A stretch of 64,000 nucleotides of DNA, from assembly GCA_002068015.1 (NCBI GenBank), contig MVRV01000029.1, positions 24,373-88,372 on the forward strand. The letters are read 5' to 3'. This stretch comes from Smithella sp. PtaU1.Bin162. Lineage in GTDB: Bacteria; Desulfobacterota; Syntrophia; Syntrophales; Smithellaceae. This document shows, one piece after another, positions 40,343-49,876 of the stretch (within the stretch, counting starts at the first letter, position 1; every line of letters begins with the position of its first letter). The notes under the pieces are model-generated. The model had not been told where the DNA came from. It made no database searches and was given only the letters and a program-made list of their open reading frames with translations. The position numbers were made by a program, and so were the translations under genes.

Positions 40343-41712
40343 TTATGAACTTTCCCCCGGGCCAGGGAAGCCAAAATCCCGGCACAGCAAGTAACCGTCA
40401 GGATGAAAAAAATGATCTGTGTGCTTTTCAGCAGAAGAGGATTGCTTGCTTCCGTAAGCGAACGGTTCCCGAGCACAATGGCAAAGATAAGCATGGTGAT
40501 GCCCATACTGAACATCTGGCCGGTCAAACGCATTGTAGCAATGGTCGCGGATGCAACACCATAAAATTTATTTTCGACGGCACTCATAATAGCATTGACA
40601 TTAGGTGAAGAAAAAAGCGCAAACCCTACGCCAAATACAATCAGGCACATCAATATATAATGAATACCGGTATCTCTATCGATAAATATCAGCGGGGCGA
40701 GACCAATGACAGTTAAAGCCATACCGAGAGAAGCGATAATGCGCGGTTCAAAATGATCGGAAAGCTTGCCGGCCAGAGGTGAAAATAGCGCCTGCGCCGC
40801 CGGCTCGACAATCAAGACCATCCCTGTCTGGGAAGGAGTCAATCCTTTGATATGCTGTAAATACAGGCTCAAAAGAAGAGTAACGGCAAATGTAGCGCTG
40901 TAATTAATGAGTGCAGCCAGATTGGAAAAGGCAAAAATCCGGTTATCTAGAAAAAGACGAATATCCAGAAGAGGATAAGGATTTTGCAACTGCTGCCGGA
41001 TAAAGAACACCAGACAGAAAATCCCGAATCCGAGCAATATGCCCGCAACGCCGGCAGGCAGAAGAGAAAAACCATACATAATCGCAAAAAGAGCAAAAGC
41101 ATAAAGGATTGATCCGGTAATATCAAATTTTTCATCCCGGGCCGCCGCCTTTTCCCCCTTCTCCATCAGGACGATAAGAAAAATCAACACCATTCCCAAC
41201 ACAGTGGCAAAAAGAAAAAGATAGCGCCAATTCAAATGTTCCGTAAACAGTCCACCGATAAAAGGGCCGATCGTCAAGCCGATATAAACTGCGGCAATGT
41301 TGATACCCAGTATTTTTCCTCTCTCGCCGGGAGAGTAAGCGGAAATCAGCAGCGCGGTACCGGTGCTGAAAATCATCGCACCGCCGATGCCCTGAACCGC
41401 CCGGACAAAAATAAGAAAATACTGGCTGGGCGACCAGGTACATAAAAATGAAGCCGCTGTAAAAATTACGGCGCCGTAGAGAAAAATTTTCCGCCGACCG
41501 TAAATATCGGCCAGTCGTCCTACCGGCACAAGTGTGATTGCCGCCGCCAGAATAAAGGAAGAAGCGACCCAACCCAATGCCAGTGCGCTCATGAAAAGGT
41601 CCCGGGCCATAACAGGCAGGGCAACATTTACGGCCGAACCCAGAAGGGGTGTCAAGAAAGAACTTAAAGTAGTTGCTGAAAGCAACACATAAAGATATTT
41701 TTTATCGGTCAT
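40339..41712 (-). CDS. MFS transporter (14-TM DHA2/EmrB-like)
   Basis: About 457 aa from the ATG at 41712 (MTDKKYLYVLL...). MFS motif A-like GRLADIYGRRKIF and about 14 hydrophobic segments. Confidence 0.8.
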   Translation of the reverse strand: MTDKKYLYVLLSATTLSSFLTPLLGSAVNVALPVMARDLFMSALALGWVASSFILAAAITLVPVGRLADIYGRRKIFLYGAVIFTAASFLCTWSPSQYFLIFVRAVQGIGGAMIFSTGTALLISAYSPGERGKILGINIAAVYIGLTIGPFIGGLFTEHLNWRYLFLFATVLGMVLIFLIVLMEKGEKAAARDEKFDITGSILYAFALFAIMYGFSLLPAGVAGILLGFGIFCLVFFIRQQLQNPYPLLDIRLFLDNRIFAFSNLAALINYSATFAVTLLLSLYLQHIKGLTPSQTGMVLIVEPAAQALFSPLAGKLSDHFEPRIIASLGMALTVIGLAPLIFIDRDTGIHYILMCLIVFGVGFALFSSPNVNAIMSAVENKFYGVASATIATMRLTGQMFSMGITMLIFAIVLGNRSLTEASNPLLLKSTQIIFFILTVTCCAGILASLARGKVHK

Positions 41713-41716
41713 GCCG

Positions 41717-43204
41717 TCACGTTTGCTCAATATCCCGAATTCTTGGAAAGGTTTTTTTATGCAGGGCGGCAAAACCGTCTTTCCCGCAGGCCAGCATAAG
41801 GGTAAGAGGCATGGCTTTTCTTGCTTTTTTCAGCATTTCCTCCGAAAGCTTCCGGATATCCCATTGGGCATGAACATCCGAGCGCAGGCGTACCAGATGA
41901 TACAGCTCGCGGGCATTGAGTTTCATCAGTACTCTCTTGCGGTGGGCATTGGTCAGAACATAGAAAGCGGCAGCCGGCGCTTTTTTCCTGATTTGTTCAA
42001 AAGCATCCTGTGTCCGGTGCATGATTTCCAGAAAACGCCTGCGTTCGCCTATCTCCATAATGGCGGGGGGAACAGTCACACCCAGTTCAGGATCATAGTC
42101 CTGAGATATTATTGTCGCCGGCCGGTGTCTTTTCAACTGGGCGAATGCGCTTGCGGAAAGCGTAAGCTCGAATTGCAGATCGATGTTTTCAAGCTCCCGT
42201 AAAGCGGCATCATGCGCCTTCATATGTTGAAATGCGGTGTAGAACAACTTTTTCTTTTCCGTCGGTCCGAGTTTTCCGGCTTCGCTCAGACATTGCCGGT
42301 AAGGCAATCCGGTTGCGGAAAAAATAAGAGCCGCGGCCACCTGGATATCGGCATCCGCCGTAGCAAAAACAAGCTCGACAGCGGGAGTTTTTTTTGCGGC
42401 CGCAATCCACCCGTACTTTTGAGCAAACGCCGCCGCCTGTTCCTGCAACTCAATCTTCGTCAAACGGTCATAAGCGGTGGCTTCCGTATAACGAATAAGC
42501 GACGGAGCAACATCTTTGACGGCGGCATATAATTTCCGGCCATATTCCCGGGCTTCGTCAAGTGCAATTGCGGCAATTCGCCGCAGCATCAATTCCAGAT
42601 TACGGGCGTTCACGGTCATGCCCAGTTGGGTTTCGGTAGCTAAGGCAATGACATAACGGGCATCCTCTTTAGCCCAGCCTTCGAGCAGTGAGCGATTTGC
42701 CGGATTTTCCGCAAGGGTCTTATTTTGAGCAAAGACATACGGCCGCAGCTTTGCATAAAGCTCCCGATAATAATCATTCTGCATGGCGACGGTGGCGGTA
42801 AAGAGATCAACCTTTCCTGACTGCTTTATTTCTTCGGGAATGACGAAATCCTTGTCAAAAAGTACATACCGTTGTGATTTTTCCATGTAGGAACACAAAC
42901 GGAATTTTTCAATTTCTTCGACGAGCAGCCGGGATACGCCGATTATATCAATATTAAAAACAGCGTGTTCGGCAACCGAACTGTGTCCCATTTCAAAAAC
43001 AATGTTGCGGTTGGATTTACGCGCCTTATCCACTTCCCGGCGGGCGATTTGGCGTAATTCATCAACCGGTTTGGGGATGCGGCTGATGCGGGCGTAAGCG
43101 GCCGAAATGGTTTCCGGCGTAATATCCTGCGAGGCCGCGCATTTGTCTTTGAGTTCTTTGATCAGATCGTAATCTAAATTATAACCGGCAAGAAGAATTT
43201 TCAT
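41717..43204 (-). CDS. thyX: FAD-dependent thymidylate synthase, tandem two-domain form
   Basis: About 495 aa from the ATG at 43204. The first Thy1 domain has GHSSVAEHAVFNIDIIGVSRLLVEEIEKFRLCSYMEKSQRY, where RHR is degenerated to KFR. The second domain has LKRHRPATIISQDY...LNARELYHLVRLRSDVHAQWDIR, where RHR is intact and the Ser/Arg-Tyr part is degenerated. Confidence 0.8.
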   Translation of the reverse strand: MKILLAGYNLDYDLIKELKDKCAASQDITPETISAAYARISRIPKPVDELRQIARREVDKARKSNRNIVFEMGHSSVAEHAVFNIDIIGVSRLLVEEIEKFRLCSYMEKSQRYVLFDKDFVIPEEIKQSGKVDLFTATVAMQNDYYRELYAKLRPYVFAQNKTLAENPANRSLLEGWAKEDARYVIALATETQLGMTVNARNLELMLRRIAAIALDEAREYGRKLYAAVKDVAPSLIRYTEATAYDRLTKIELQEQAAAFAQKYGWIAAAKKTPAVELVFATADADIQVAAALIFSATGLPYRQCLSEAGKLGPTEKKKLFYTAFQHMKAHDAALRELENIDLQFELTLSASAFAQLKRHRPATIISQDYDPELGVTVPPAIMEIGERRRFLEIMHRTQDAFEQIRKKAPAAAFYVLTNAHRKRVLMKLNARELYHLVRLRSDVHAQWDIRKLSEEMLKKARKAMPLTLMLACGKDGFAALHKKTFPRIRDIEQT

Positions 43205-43613
43205 ATTTAATTGCACACCTTACTTTCACCAAGTCTTAGAAAAAAATGTCCCGTAAACTTCTTCGCTTCAAATGTGTCTGAAGCTCCCATCATATGCGCG
43301 AAGGCAGCTGCTCACAGAAACAGCAGTTGTTGTTCCACACGCCGCGGAGTAATCGGCTTTCGACAAAATTATCACAATATGAAAAACTTACAAGCTAATT
43401 TCATCAACCGCATAACAACCTGTGTATTTCAAAAGCGATGAGTATTTCCAGGCATTTTTCTCCAAACTGATAGGCAATACGATATTTCGGAATCGAAAGC
43501 CCCTGATGACGCAATTAACCGAATAGATCATTGACTTCAATCAATTATTGTCGTAAAGAACACCCAGGACTGGCAACATCAGGAAAAAACTTGTTTTAAG
43601 GTAAAATCAATCC

Positions 43614-44066
43614 ATGGAAAACCTGAAAGATCCCTTAATACATCTGGTTGCGGAAATTCCGTTTTTTGATTGTTTTAAAAAGGAGGAAATCAATTTACTT
43701 TTGGATGCGGGAACATGGATGAAGTTCATTCCCGAAACCCGGATAGTTACCCAAGGAGAAATTGATCTGCGCATGTTTGTCCTGATTCAAGGGCATGCCG
43801 AAGTTGTTCTACACGACAAAACCTTGGCCGTACTGAATGTCGGAGACATCTTCGGTGAATTTGGCTTGATGGGTGCTCCCCGCATGGCTCATGTCGAAAC
43901 GCAAACGGATTGCCTGCTTCTGTCTTTCGACGCTGATCAACTTAACAGCCTTCCTCTAGAACTCCAGATAAAATTTCTGAGACAAATTCTTTTCGCTACC
44001 TTTGCCCGTCTCCAAAAAATCAACCATTGGGATTGGCTGCGCCGTCATCCTCGAAAAGATTCATAG
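43614..44066 (+). CDS. stand-alone cyclic-nucleotide-binding-domain protein
   Basis: 150 aa. cNMP-binding fold pattern FFDCFKKEEINLL...GEIDLRMFVLIQGHAEV...GDIFGEFGLMGAPRMAHVETQTD. Confidence 0.75.
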   Translation: MENLKDPLIHLVAEIPFFDCFKKEEINLLLDAGTWMKFIPETRIVTQGEIDLRMFVLIQGHAEVVLHDKTLAVLNVGDIFGEFGLMGAPRMAHVETQTDCLLLSFDADQLNSLPLELQIKFLRQILFATFARLQKINHWDWLRRHPRKDS

Positions 44067-44203
44067 AAACAGATAGCAGGGCATGAGATTTAACCGACGT
44101 CACTGAGTCTCTCCAAACCATTCTCTTCTCCAGAGACAACAGCCTATTCACAGGTAGATTCCTCTGTCTCAACGGCACATATCAGCAAGCGGAAACTATA
44201 TTT

Positions 44204-45010
44204 TTACAGCCGCACCAGTTCCACCTGACCTAAAGTTCGGCCCAAAAAGCGTTCCCCAATCGTTTGAAAACGGTAGGGAAGATCGCTGACGCAAAACAAA
44301 TATTTTGGTGGCCGCCGATCGGCATTCCCTAAATTAAGTTGATTGAGCAAATCAGCCGTTGCTGCAGCCATCGCCTCAGCCGAGTCGATCAGTTTTATTT
44401 TCTTTCCTGCTATCTCCTTTAGTAAAGATTTTAAAAGCGGATAATGAGTGCATCCCAAAACCAAAGAATCAATATGCTCAGCCAATACCGGTTTTAAATA
44501 TTCCTGAGCAATCAGTCGGGTTGCGGGGTGATCAAACCAACCTTCTTCCACCAGCGGCACAAAAAGCGGACAGGCCTGAGAATAAACTTTTGCATCCCGA
44601 TCCAAAAGATGAATCGCCCGGGCATAGGCATTGCTGTTAATTGTGGCCGGAGTACCGATAACGCCGATAGACTTAGTTGTGGTTTCCGAAACGGCATTAC
44701 GGGCACTGGCTTCAATTACTTCCATTACCGGCACCGGAGATAAGTCTTTGATTGCCTGATAAGCTACCGCAGCCATCGTATTGCAGGCTACCACAAGCAT
44801 TTTTACTTCTTTTCTTAAGAGAAATTCGGTAATTTGCAGAGCATAATGATTGATGGTTTCCACCGACTTGATGCCATAGGGCACCCGGGCGGTATCTCCA
44901 AAATAGATGATGTTTTCAAAAGGCAATCGCTCCATGAGGGAACGCACAACCGTGAGTCCGCCAATGCCCGAGTCAAAGACCCCTATTGCCTGATTTGATT
45001 TGATATTCAC
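44204..45010 (-). CDS. murI: glutamate racemase
   Basis: 268 aa. IGVFDSGIGGLTV, catalytic Cys motifs VVACNTMAA and LGCTHYP. GTG start. Confidence 0.95.
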   Translation of the reverse strand: MNIKSNQAIGVFDSGIGGLTVVRSLMERLPFENIIYFGDTARVPYGIKSVETINHYALQITEFLLRKEVKMLVVACNTMAAVAYQAIKDLSPVPVMEVIEASARNAVSETTTKSIGVIGTPATINSNAYARAIHLLDRDAKVYSQACPLFVPLVEEGWFDHPATRLIAQEYLKPVLAEHIDSLVLGCTHYPLLKSLLKEIAGKKIKLIDSAEAMAAATADLLNQLNLGNADRRPPKYLFCVSDLPYRFQTIGERFLGRTLGQVELVRL

Positions 45011-45215
45011 AATTGTTAAACTCGTAAAATATTTAAAACCAATTATTTTAAACGAACTTGTATAATATCCTCCAGGGCATGTGAGTACAGAAGGTGCGCA
45101 AAGGACTTGCCTCTCTTGGTCTGTACCGGAAATGATGAAGCATATTGCACAACGTCACTTGATAAATCAAAGGGCGCTCAAGGTAATGAGCAGCACATGG
45201 AATTTTACAAGATCG

Positions 45216-45917
45216 TCACTCTTTGACGTAAAATTGCAATTTAAGGTTGCCGACCTCTACAATATCACCATCTTTCAGATCATAGCGACGGTCTATTATG
45301 TTACCGTTAATCTTTAATTCCTTGCCGCCAGACGGAGTAATAAAATAACCTTCCTTGCGACGATTAACGAGAGCTGCCATTTTGGGGGCAAAAAAACCTT
45401 TGAGCTTGATGGCGGAACCATCTTCTTTACCAATTGAGGAAACTCTTTCTTTAAGTTCATATTCTTTCTGATCCGTCGATCCGTCAATCACCAGAAAGCC
45501 GCCCAGGGGTTCCGGAATACTCTTATCAGCAGCAGTGATTATCTTTTTCTGATCATCCGGCGATATAACCATTGTTTCATCCATGGAACGGCCACGCACG
45601 GTAAAGCTCTTTTTATCGGCTTCCCTGTTCTTGTCGGAAGTAACATTCAATGTATGCACGCCGATTAATATTATGTCGCCGTTGAAAAGCTCGGCCTTGG
45701 TTATTTTCTGGCTGTTCAAAAAGGTACCGTTAAGGCTGCCCGAATCTTCAAGCATCAACACATTACCTTCCATTTTAATTACAGCATGATGGCCGGATAC
45801 GGCTTGATTATCAATTACAATATCGTTGTCCGGCTTGCGGCCGATAGTTGTTACTTCTTTCTCCAGTACAATCTCTTTGACGGCAGCTTCTTTGTATTTA
45901 AGTAAGACCCTCGCCAT
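45216..45917 (-). CDS. protein with two FHA domains
   Basis: 233 aa. The N-terminal FHA is TTIGRKPDNDIVIDNQAVSGHHAVI...SLNGTFLN. A second, divergent FHA-like domain lies at the C-terminus (VSSIGKEDGSAIKL...LKINGN). Confidence 0.8.
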   Translation of the reverse strand: MARVLLKYKEAAVKEIVLEKEVTTIGRKPDNDIVIDNQAVSGHHAVIKMEGNVLMLEDSGSLNGTFLNSQKITKAELFNGDIILIGVHTLNVTSDKNREADKKSFTVRGRSMDETMVISPDDQKKIITAADKSIPEPLGGFLVIDGSTDQKEYELKERVSSIGKEDGSAIKLKGFFAPKMAALVNRRKEGYFITPSGGKELKINGNIIDRRYDLKDGDIVEVGNLKLQFYVKE

Positions 45918-45921
45918 GTTG

Positions 45922-46716
45922 TCACCTCCGGAAAAATTCCATAAATTTAAACAAAGCAGAATACCATTTTTGCTTCTTGATATAACCTAAAATCACCGTA
46001 ATGTTATCCTTACCACCGTTTTCATTGGCCGTATTAATCAGAGAATCACAGGCGGCGGCAGAGTTCGCGGCAAAAGCGATTATTTCCAAGGCAGCCTCAT
46101 CTGTTACCATATTACTAAGTCCGTCCGTACACAAGAGCAAAATATCATTATCGAACACGGTGAGCTCATCCAAATCGGCTTCCGTTTCCGCGCTGATACC
46201 CAGTGCTTTTGTCAGAATATTCTTTATTTCCGATTTAGCAGCTTCTTCTTTGGTAATCATATCTCGTTTTACCTGTTCACTTACCACGGAATGATCATCG
46301 GTTAACTGGTCGATATTACCGGCGCGAATCAGGTACACGCGGCTATCACCGATATGAGCTATGCTTAATTTGTTACCCGTAAGGAGAACCGCTGCAATGG
46401 TAGTACCCATACCGGTTAATTGCGGAGAACTTTGTGCGGCTTCATAAACAGCCATATTGGCCAGACGTATGGCACAGTTAAGTTTATTCGTGGCTTCGGA
46501 ATAAGCATGGTCATAATCACCGATTATGTTCTGCTGCCCCTGAAAATAATCACGAATGACATTTACCGCCAGGCGACTGGCCGTTTCACCGGAAGCATGA
46601 CCACCCATACCGTCGGCCACAACAAGAAGACCCTGTTTTTCGTCCAGATATAAATTGTCTTCATTATTGGCGCGAACCAAGCCTTGATCGGTTTTACCGC
46701 TGGCAGTTAAATTCAA
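45922..46716 (-). CDS. PP2C-family Ser/Thr protein phosphatase (Stp1-like)
   Basis: 264 aa. RANNEDN, VADGMGGHASGETAS, CTDGLSN and GGKDNITV. TTG start with AAGGAGG upstream. Confidence 0.9.
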   Translation of the reverse strand: MNLTASGKTDQGLVRANNEDNLYLDEKQGLLVVADGMGGHASGETASRLAVNVIRDYFQGQQNIIGDYDHAYSEATNKLNCAIRLANMAVYEAAQSSPQLTGMGTTIAAVLLTGNKLSIAHIGDSRVYLIRAGNIDQLTDDHSVVSEQVKRDMITKEEAAKSEIKNILTKALGISAETEADLDELTVFDNDILLLCTDGLSNMVTDEAALEIIAFAANSAAACDSLINTANENGGKDNITVILGYIKKQKWYSALFKFMEFFRR

Positions 46717-46726
46717 TTAAACCTCC

Positions 46727-49192
46727 TTATTTTAACGAAGCAAGCAAATCATCCGCCAAGGATTTACCATTCTGGTAACGTGCTTCTACATCCTTGGACA
46801 GTAGTTTTTCCACAATTGGTACCAGCTTTTCCGGAATATTGGAAGAAAGTTCCCGAAGGGACGGCGGTGGTGACGATGTTATGTTATACATGAGTGTGGC
46901 AATGCTGTCTCCGTTAAATGGTTTATCGCCGGAAAGAAGTTCATACAAGACAACACCGAGCGAAAACAAATCAGACCGGCCATCTACTTTTTTACCGGCT
47001 ATCTGCTCCGGCGACATGTAACTGGGGGTACCCAGCACTACTCCGGTTTGTGTTTTGGAGGTAGCCATAACACGGGCAATACCGAAATCCGCCACCTTGA
47101 CCTCTCCGCTGTTTAAAACCATAATGTTGGCCGGTTTGATGTCACGATGCACGATACCGTTGGCATGAGCATAATCAAGAGCCCCCGCAACACTGGAGAC
47201 AACCCGAACTACCTCTTCCACAGGAAGGAGGCTTTCTTTTTTACAGTACTTGGCCAAATCAGAACCGTCGAGCAATTCCATGGCCATGTAAGCGATATCA
47301 TAATCCTCGCCGACGTCATAAATGGTAACAATATTCGGATGCGATAATTTTCCGGCCGCTTCCGCTTCCCGGAAAAATCTTTTCTTTACTTCTGCCAGTT
47401 GCTCCGCGTCAATCTCTTCATATCTCAGGGTTTTAATGGCCACTTCGCGGTTAATGCGTGGATCCTTACCAAGGAAAACCGTACCCATAGCGCCGCGTCC
47501 CAGTTCTTTCACAATTTCATAACGCCCCAGTGTCGGTTTTATTCCGGCGTTGTCCATAATCACGGTGGCTTCTTTTTTGGCTCCCGAAAGCCCGAAAATC
47601 ATCGTTTCCCCTGCCGCCGTAAGCTTTTTGATGCGATCTGCTATATCTTTAAAATTTCCCGCCTGATTTATATGTTGATAAACTGCCACCGCTTTGTTGA
47701 ACATCCGTTTTCTTTCAAAATCAAGCCCCAGGTTGTAGAGTAACTCTTTCACGGATTCATCTTCGACAGGACATTTACGGAATTTGTCAAAAGCCATGTC
47801 CAAAAGTCCCTGTCCCTGGAAGGATAATCCGAGCATTTTGTTTGTTTCCACACTGTCCGCCTCAATGCGATCCTTGGTTTTTTCCGTAAGCAGGTACCTT
47901 TTGGAGACTATTATAATATACCCGATAATCAAGATAAGCGCCGGATAAAGCGCTTTGACCCAATAACCGTAAGCGGCAAAAAGATAAATGGTGGTGCCCA
48001 TCCACACAACGAGCAGAACCAAGGATACAATGGCACTGATACCCGCTTTGATCTGCGGAATGACAAGCGCGATGTAAAGACCGAAAACAATAATCATAAT
48101 CAGTTCGAGCGTAACCGCCCAGTCCGGACGTACAAGGTGATCGTCATTGATAATATTTTCGATAACATTGGCAATGATTGTCCCCGGTGCAACATTAACC
48201 GCCGTCGGCGTGACCTGCATTGTACCCAACCCGGCCGCGCTCTGGGCGATAATAACTATTTTATCTTTAAAAACATCCGGGGAAACTTTTTTGTTGATAA
48301 CATCAAAATATGAATAATAAGGAATTCCGGAAGTAAAACTAATCAGCATTTTGTTGTTTTCATATACCGGGATCGTTTTACGGCCGAATTTTATTTCACG
48401 GCCCAGTTGCAGCTTCTGCAAATCCAGATTAAGATATTTCAATGTCAATTGCAGGGCAAAAGAAGGAAAGAGTTTTTCTTCAAAATTAATAAAGAGAGGC
48501 TCGCTGCGCACGGTACCATCGCGATCGGCAATAATGTTAATATGCCCCAATCCCAGGGCTCCTGTTGCAAATTCGGATATGGGAGGAACAATTTCGCGTG
48601 CCGTTATGCTCTCCATACCCGTGGCAGGAAGTGAATTATTCTTCAGATAATCCGGTAGATTCGAGGTGGTTCTGCCGGTAGGATTGCCCGGAACAAAGAA
48701 TAAGGGGAGCACAATATTTTTACCGGCGGTAATGGAATTAGCCAAGATCGTATCATTATCGAGTCGTTTTTCGGATTCTTTCAATGCCGCCAAAACGGTA
48801 TCGAAACCTTTTTGGGCATAATTGGGATTTGTTTCAATATCCTTGATCAGGTTGCGTACTTCGAGGAGACCCTGGTTGAAATCTTTTTCGGAATAAATTA
48901 TATCCAGGCCGATTACTTTTACATTATACGATTGCAGCAGATCGACCATGGAAGCTATGTATCCGCGGGGCCACGGCCAGCGACCTATATTGGCAATGCT
49001 CTGTTCATCAATGGCAATGACAGCAACGGGTGCTTTGGATTGTTGCACCCGCAGATTAGTGCTTAAATCATAAATACCGTTTTCCAGTGTTTCGAGTGGT
49101 CCCCAGGAAATAAAAAAGGCGAACAGCGCAAGTAACGTTAGAACAATGCCGAGAATAAAGTCAGAAATTGTCGACTTTTTAATTTTCTTCAT
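46727..49192 (-). CDS. CHASE2 sensor domain - 3 TM - TPR-like linker - Ser/Thr protein kinase
   Basis: About 821 aa from the ATG at 49192, with AAGGAG upstream. CHASE2 block VAVIAIDEQSIANIGRWPWPRG. Kinase motifs GRGAMGTV, VAIK, HRDIKPANIM, DFGIA and GTPSYMSPE. Confidence 0.85.
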   Translation of the reverse strand: MKKIKKSTISDFILGIVLTLLALFAFFISWGPLETLENGIYDLSTNLRVQQSKAPVAVIAIDEQSIANIGRWPWPRGYIASMVDLLQSYNVKVIGLDIIYSEKDFNQGLLEVRNLIKDIETNPNYAQKGFDTVLAALKESEKRLDNDTILANSITAGKNIVLPLFFVPGNPTGRTTSNLPDYLKNNSLPATGMESITAREIVPPISEFATGALGLGHINIIADRDGTVRSEPLFINFEEKLFPSFALQLTLKYLNLDLQKLQLGREIKFGRKTIPVYENNKMLISFTSGIPYYSYFDVINKKVSPDVFKDKIVIIAQSAAGLGTMQVTPTAVNVAPGTIIANVIENIINDDHLVRPDWAVTLELIMIIVFGLYIALVIPQIKAGISAIVSLVLLVVWMGTTIYLFAAYGYWVKALYPALILIIGYIIIVSKRYLLTEKTKDRIEADSVETNKMLGLSFQGQGLLDMAFDKFRKCPVEDESVKELLYNLGLDFERKRMFNKAVAVYQHINQAGNFKDIADRIKKLTAAGETMIFGLSGAKKEATVIMDNAGIKPTLGRYEIVKELGRGAMGTVFLGKDPRINREVAIKTLRYEEIDAEQLAEVKKRFFREAEAAGKLSHPNIVTIYDVGEDYDIAYMAMELLDGSDLAKYCKKESLLPVEEVVRVVSSVAGALDYAHANGIVHRDIKPANIMVLNSGEVKVADFGIARVMATSKTQTGVVLGTPSYMSPEQIAGKKVDGRSDLFSLGVVLYELLSGDKPFNGDSIATLMYNITSSPPPSLRELSSNIPEKLVPIVEKLLSKDVEARYQNGKSLADDLLASLK

Positions 49193-49315
49193 GTAGACTC
49201 CTTTGCAGGAAAACACATCCAGAGAATATTTGAAAGTAAATATTAATCGTTTTTTTATCATAAGTTATGGGAATATAGCAAGTTTTCTTGTGAAATATTT
49301 TATCGGCGGATAAAA

Positions 49316-49777
49316 ATGCGCAAACCGGAAAAAGAAATTACCGACAACAAAGAAATCGCTGCCATCATGGAAAAGGCCGACATTTGCCGGATTGCGTTTA
49401 TTGATGACGACTACCCTTATATAATTCCCGTTAATTTCGTCGTCCGCGGAGAACAGCTTTATTTTCACACCGGTCGTAAAGGAAAAAAAATCGATATCCT
49501 CCGGCAGAACAATCGTGTTTGTTTTGAAATTGATACTGATACGGACATAATTGCGGGCGACACACCGTGCTCATGGAGCGCCCGATACCGGAGCGTGATC
49601 GGATTCGGCAAGGCTTTTTTTCTGGAGGAAGCAACCAAAAAAAAACGGGCGCTCGATTATCTGATGGAAAAATATACCGGCAAACAAACATTTACCTATA
49701 ACGCAGAATCATTCGAAAAAGTTGCCGTCATCAGCATAAGAATTGAAAGGATCACCGGTAAAAAATCCGGCTGCTAA
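49316..49777 (+). CDS. pyridoxamine 5'-phosphate oxidase-family (flavin-binding split-barrel) protein
   Basis: 153 aa. CRIAFIDDDYPYIIPVNFVVRGEQLYFHTGRKGKKIDIL is typical of the Pyridox_ox_2/NimA-like family. Confidence 0.75.
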   Translation: MRKPEKEITDNKEIAAIMEKADICRIAFIDDDYPYIIPVNFVVRGEQLYFHTGRKGKKIDILRQNNRVCFEIDTDTDIIAGDTPCSWSARYRSVIGFGKAFFLEEATKKKRALDYLMEKYTGKQTFTYNAESFEKVAVISIRIERITGKKSGC

Positions 49778-49876
49778 CATCAATCACTTTTCTCATACAT
49801 AAATGCGTATTGCAAAGTTACAACCGAATTATGAAAGATTAAATATTGTTCTCGATTTTGTTATTAGGATATTGCA

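Noticed and set aside
45081-45317. 78-aa plus ORF in the murI/FHA gap
   Set aside because: Its 3' half is antisense to the FHA gene. It has no RBS and a low-complexity sequence.
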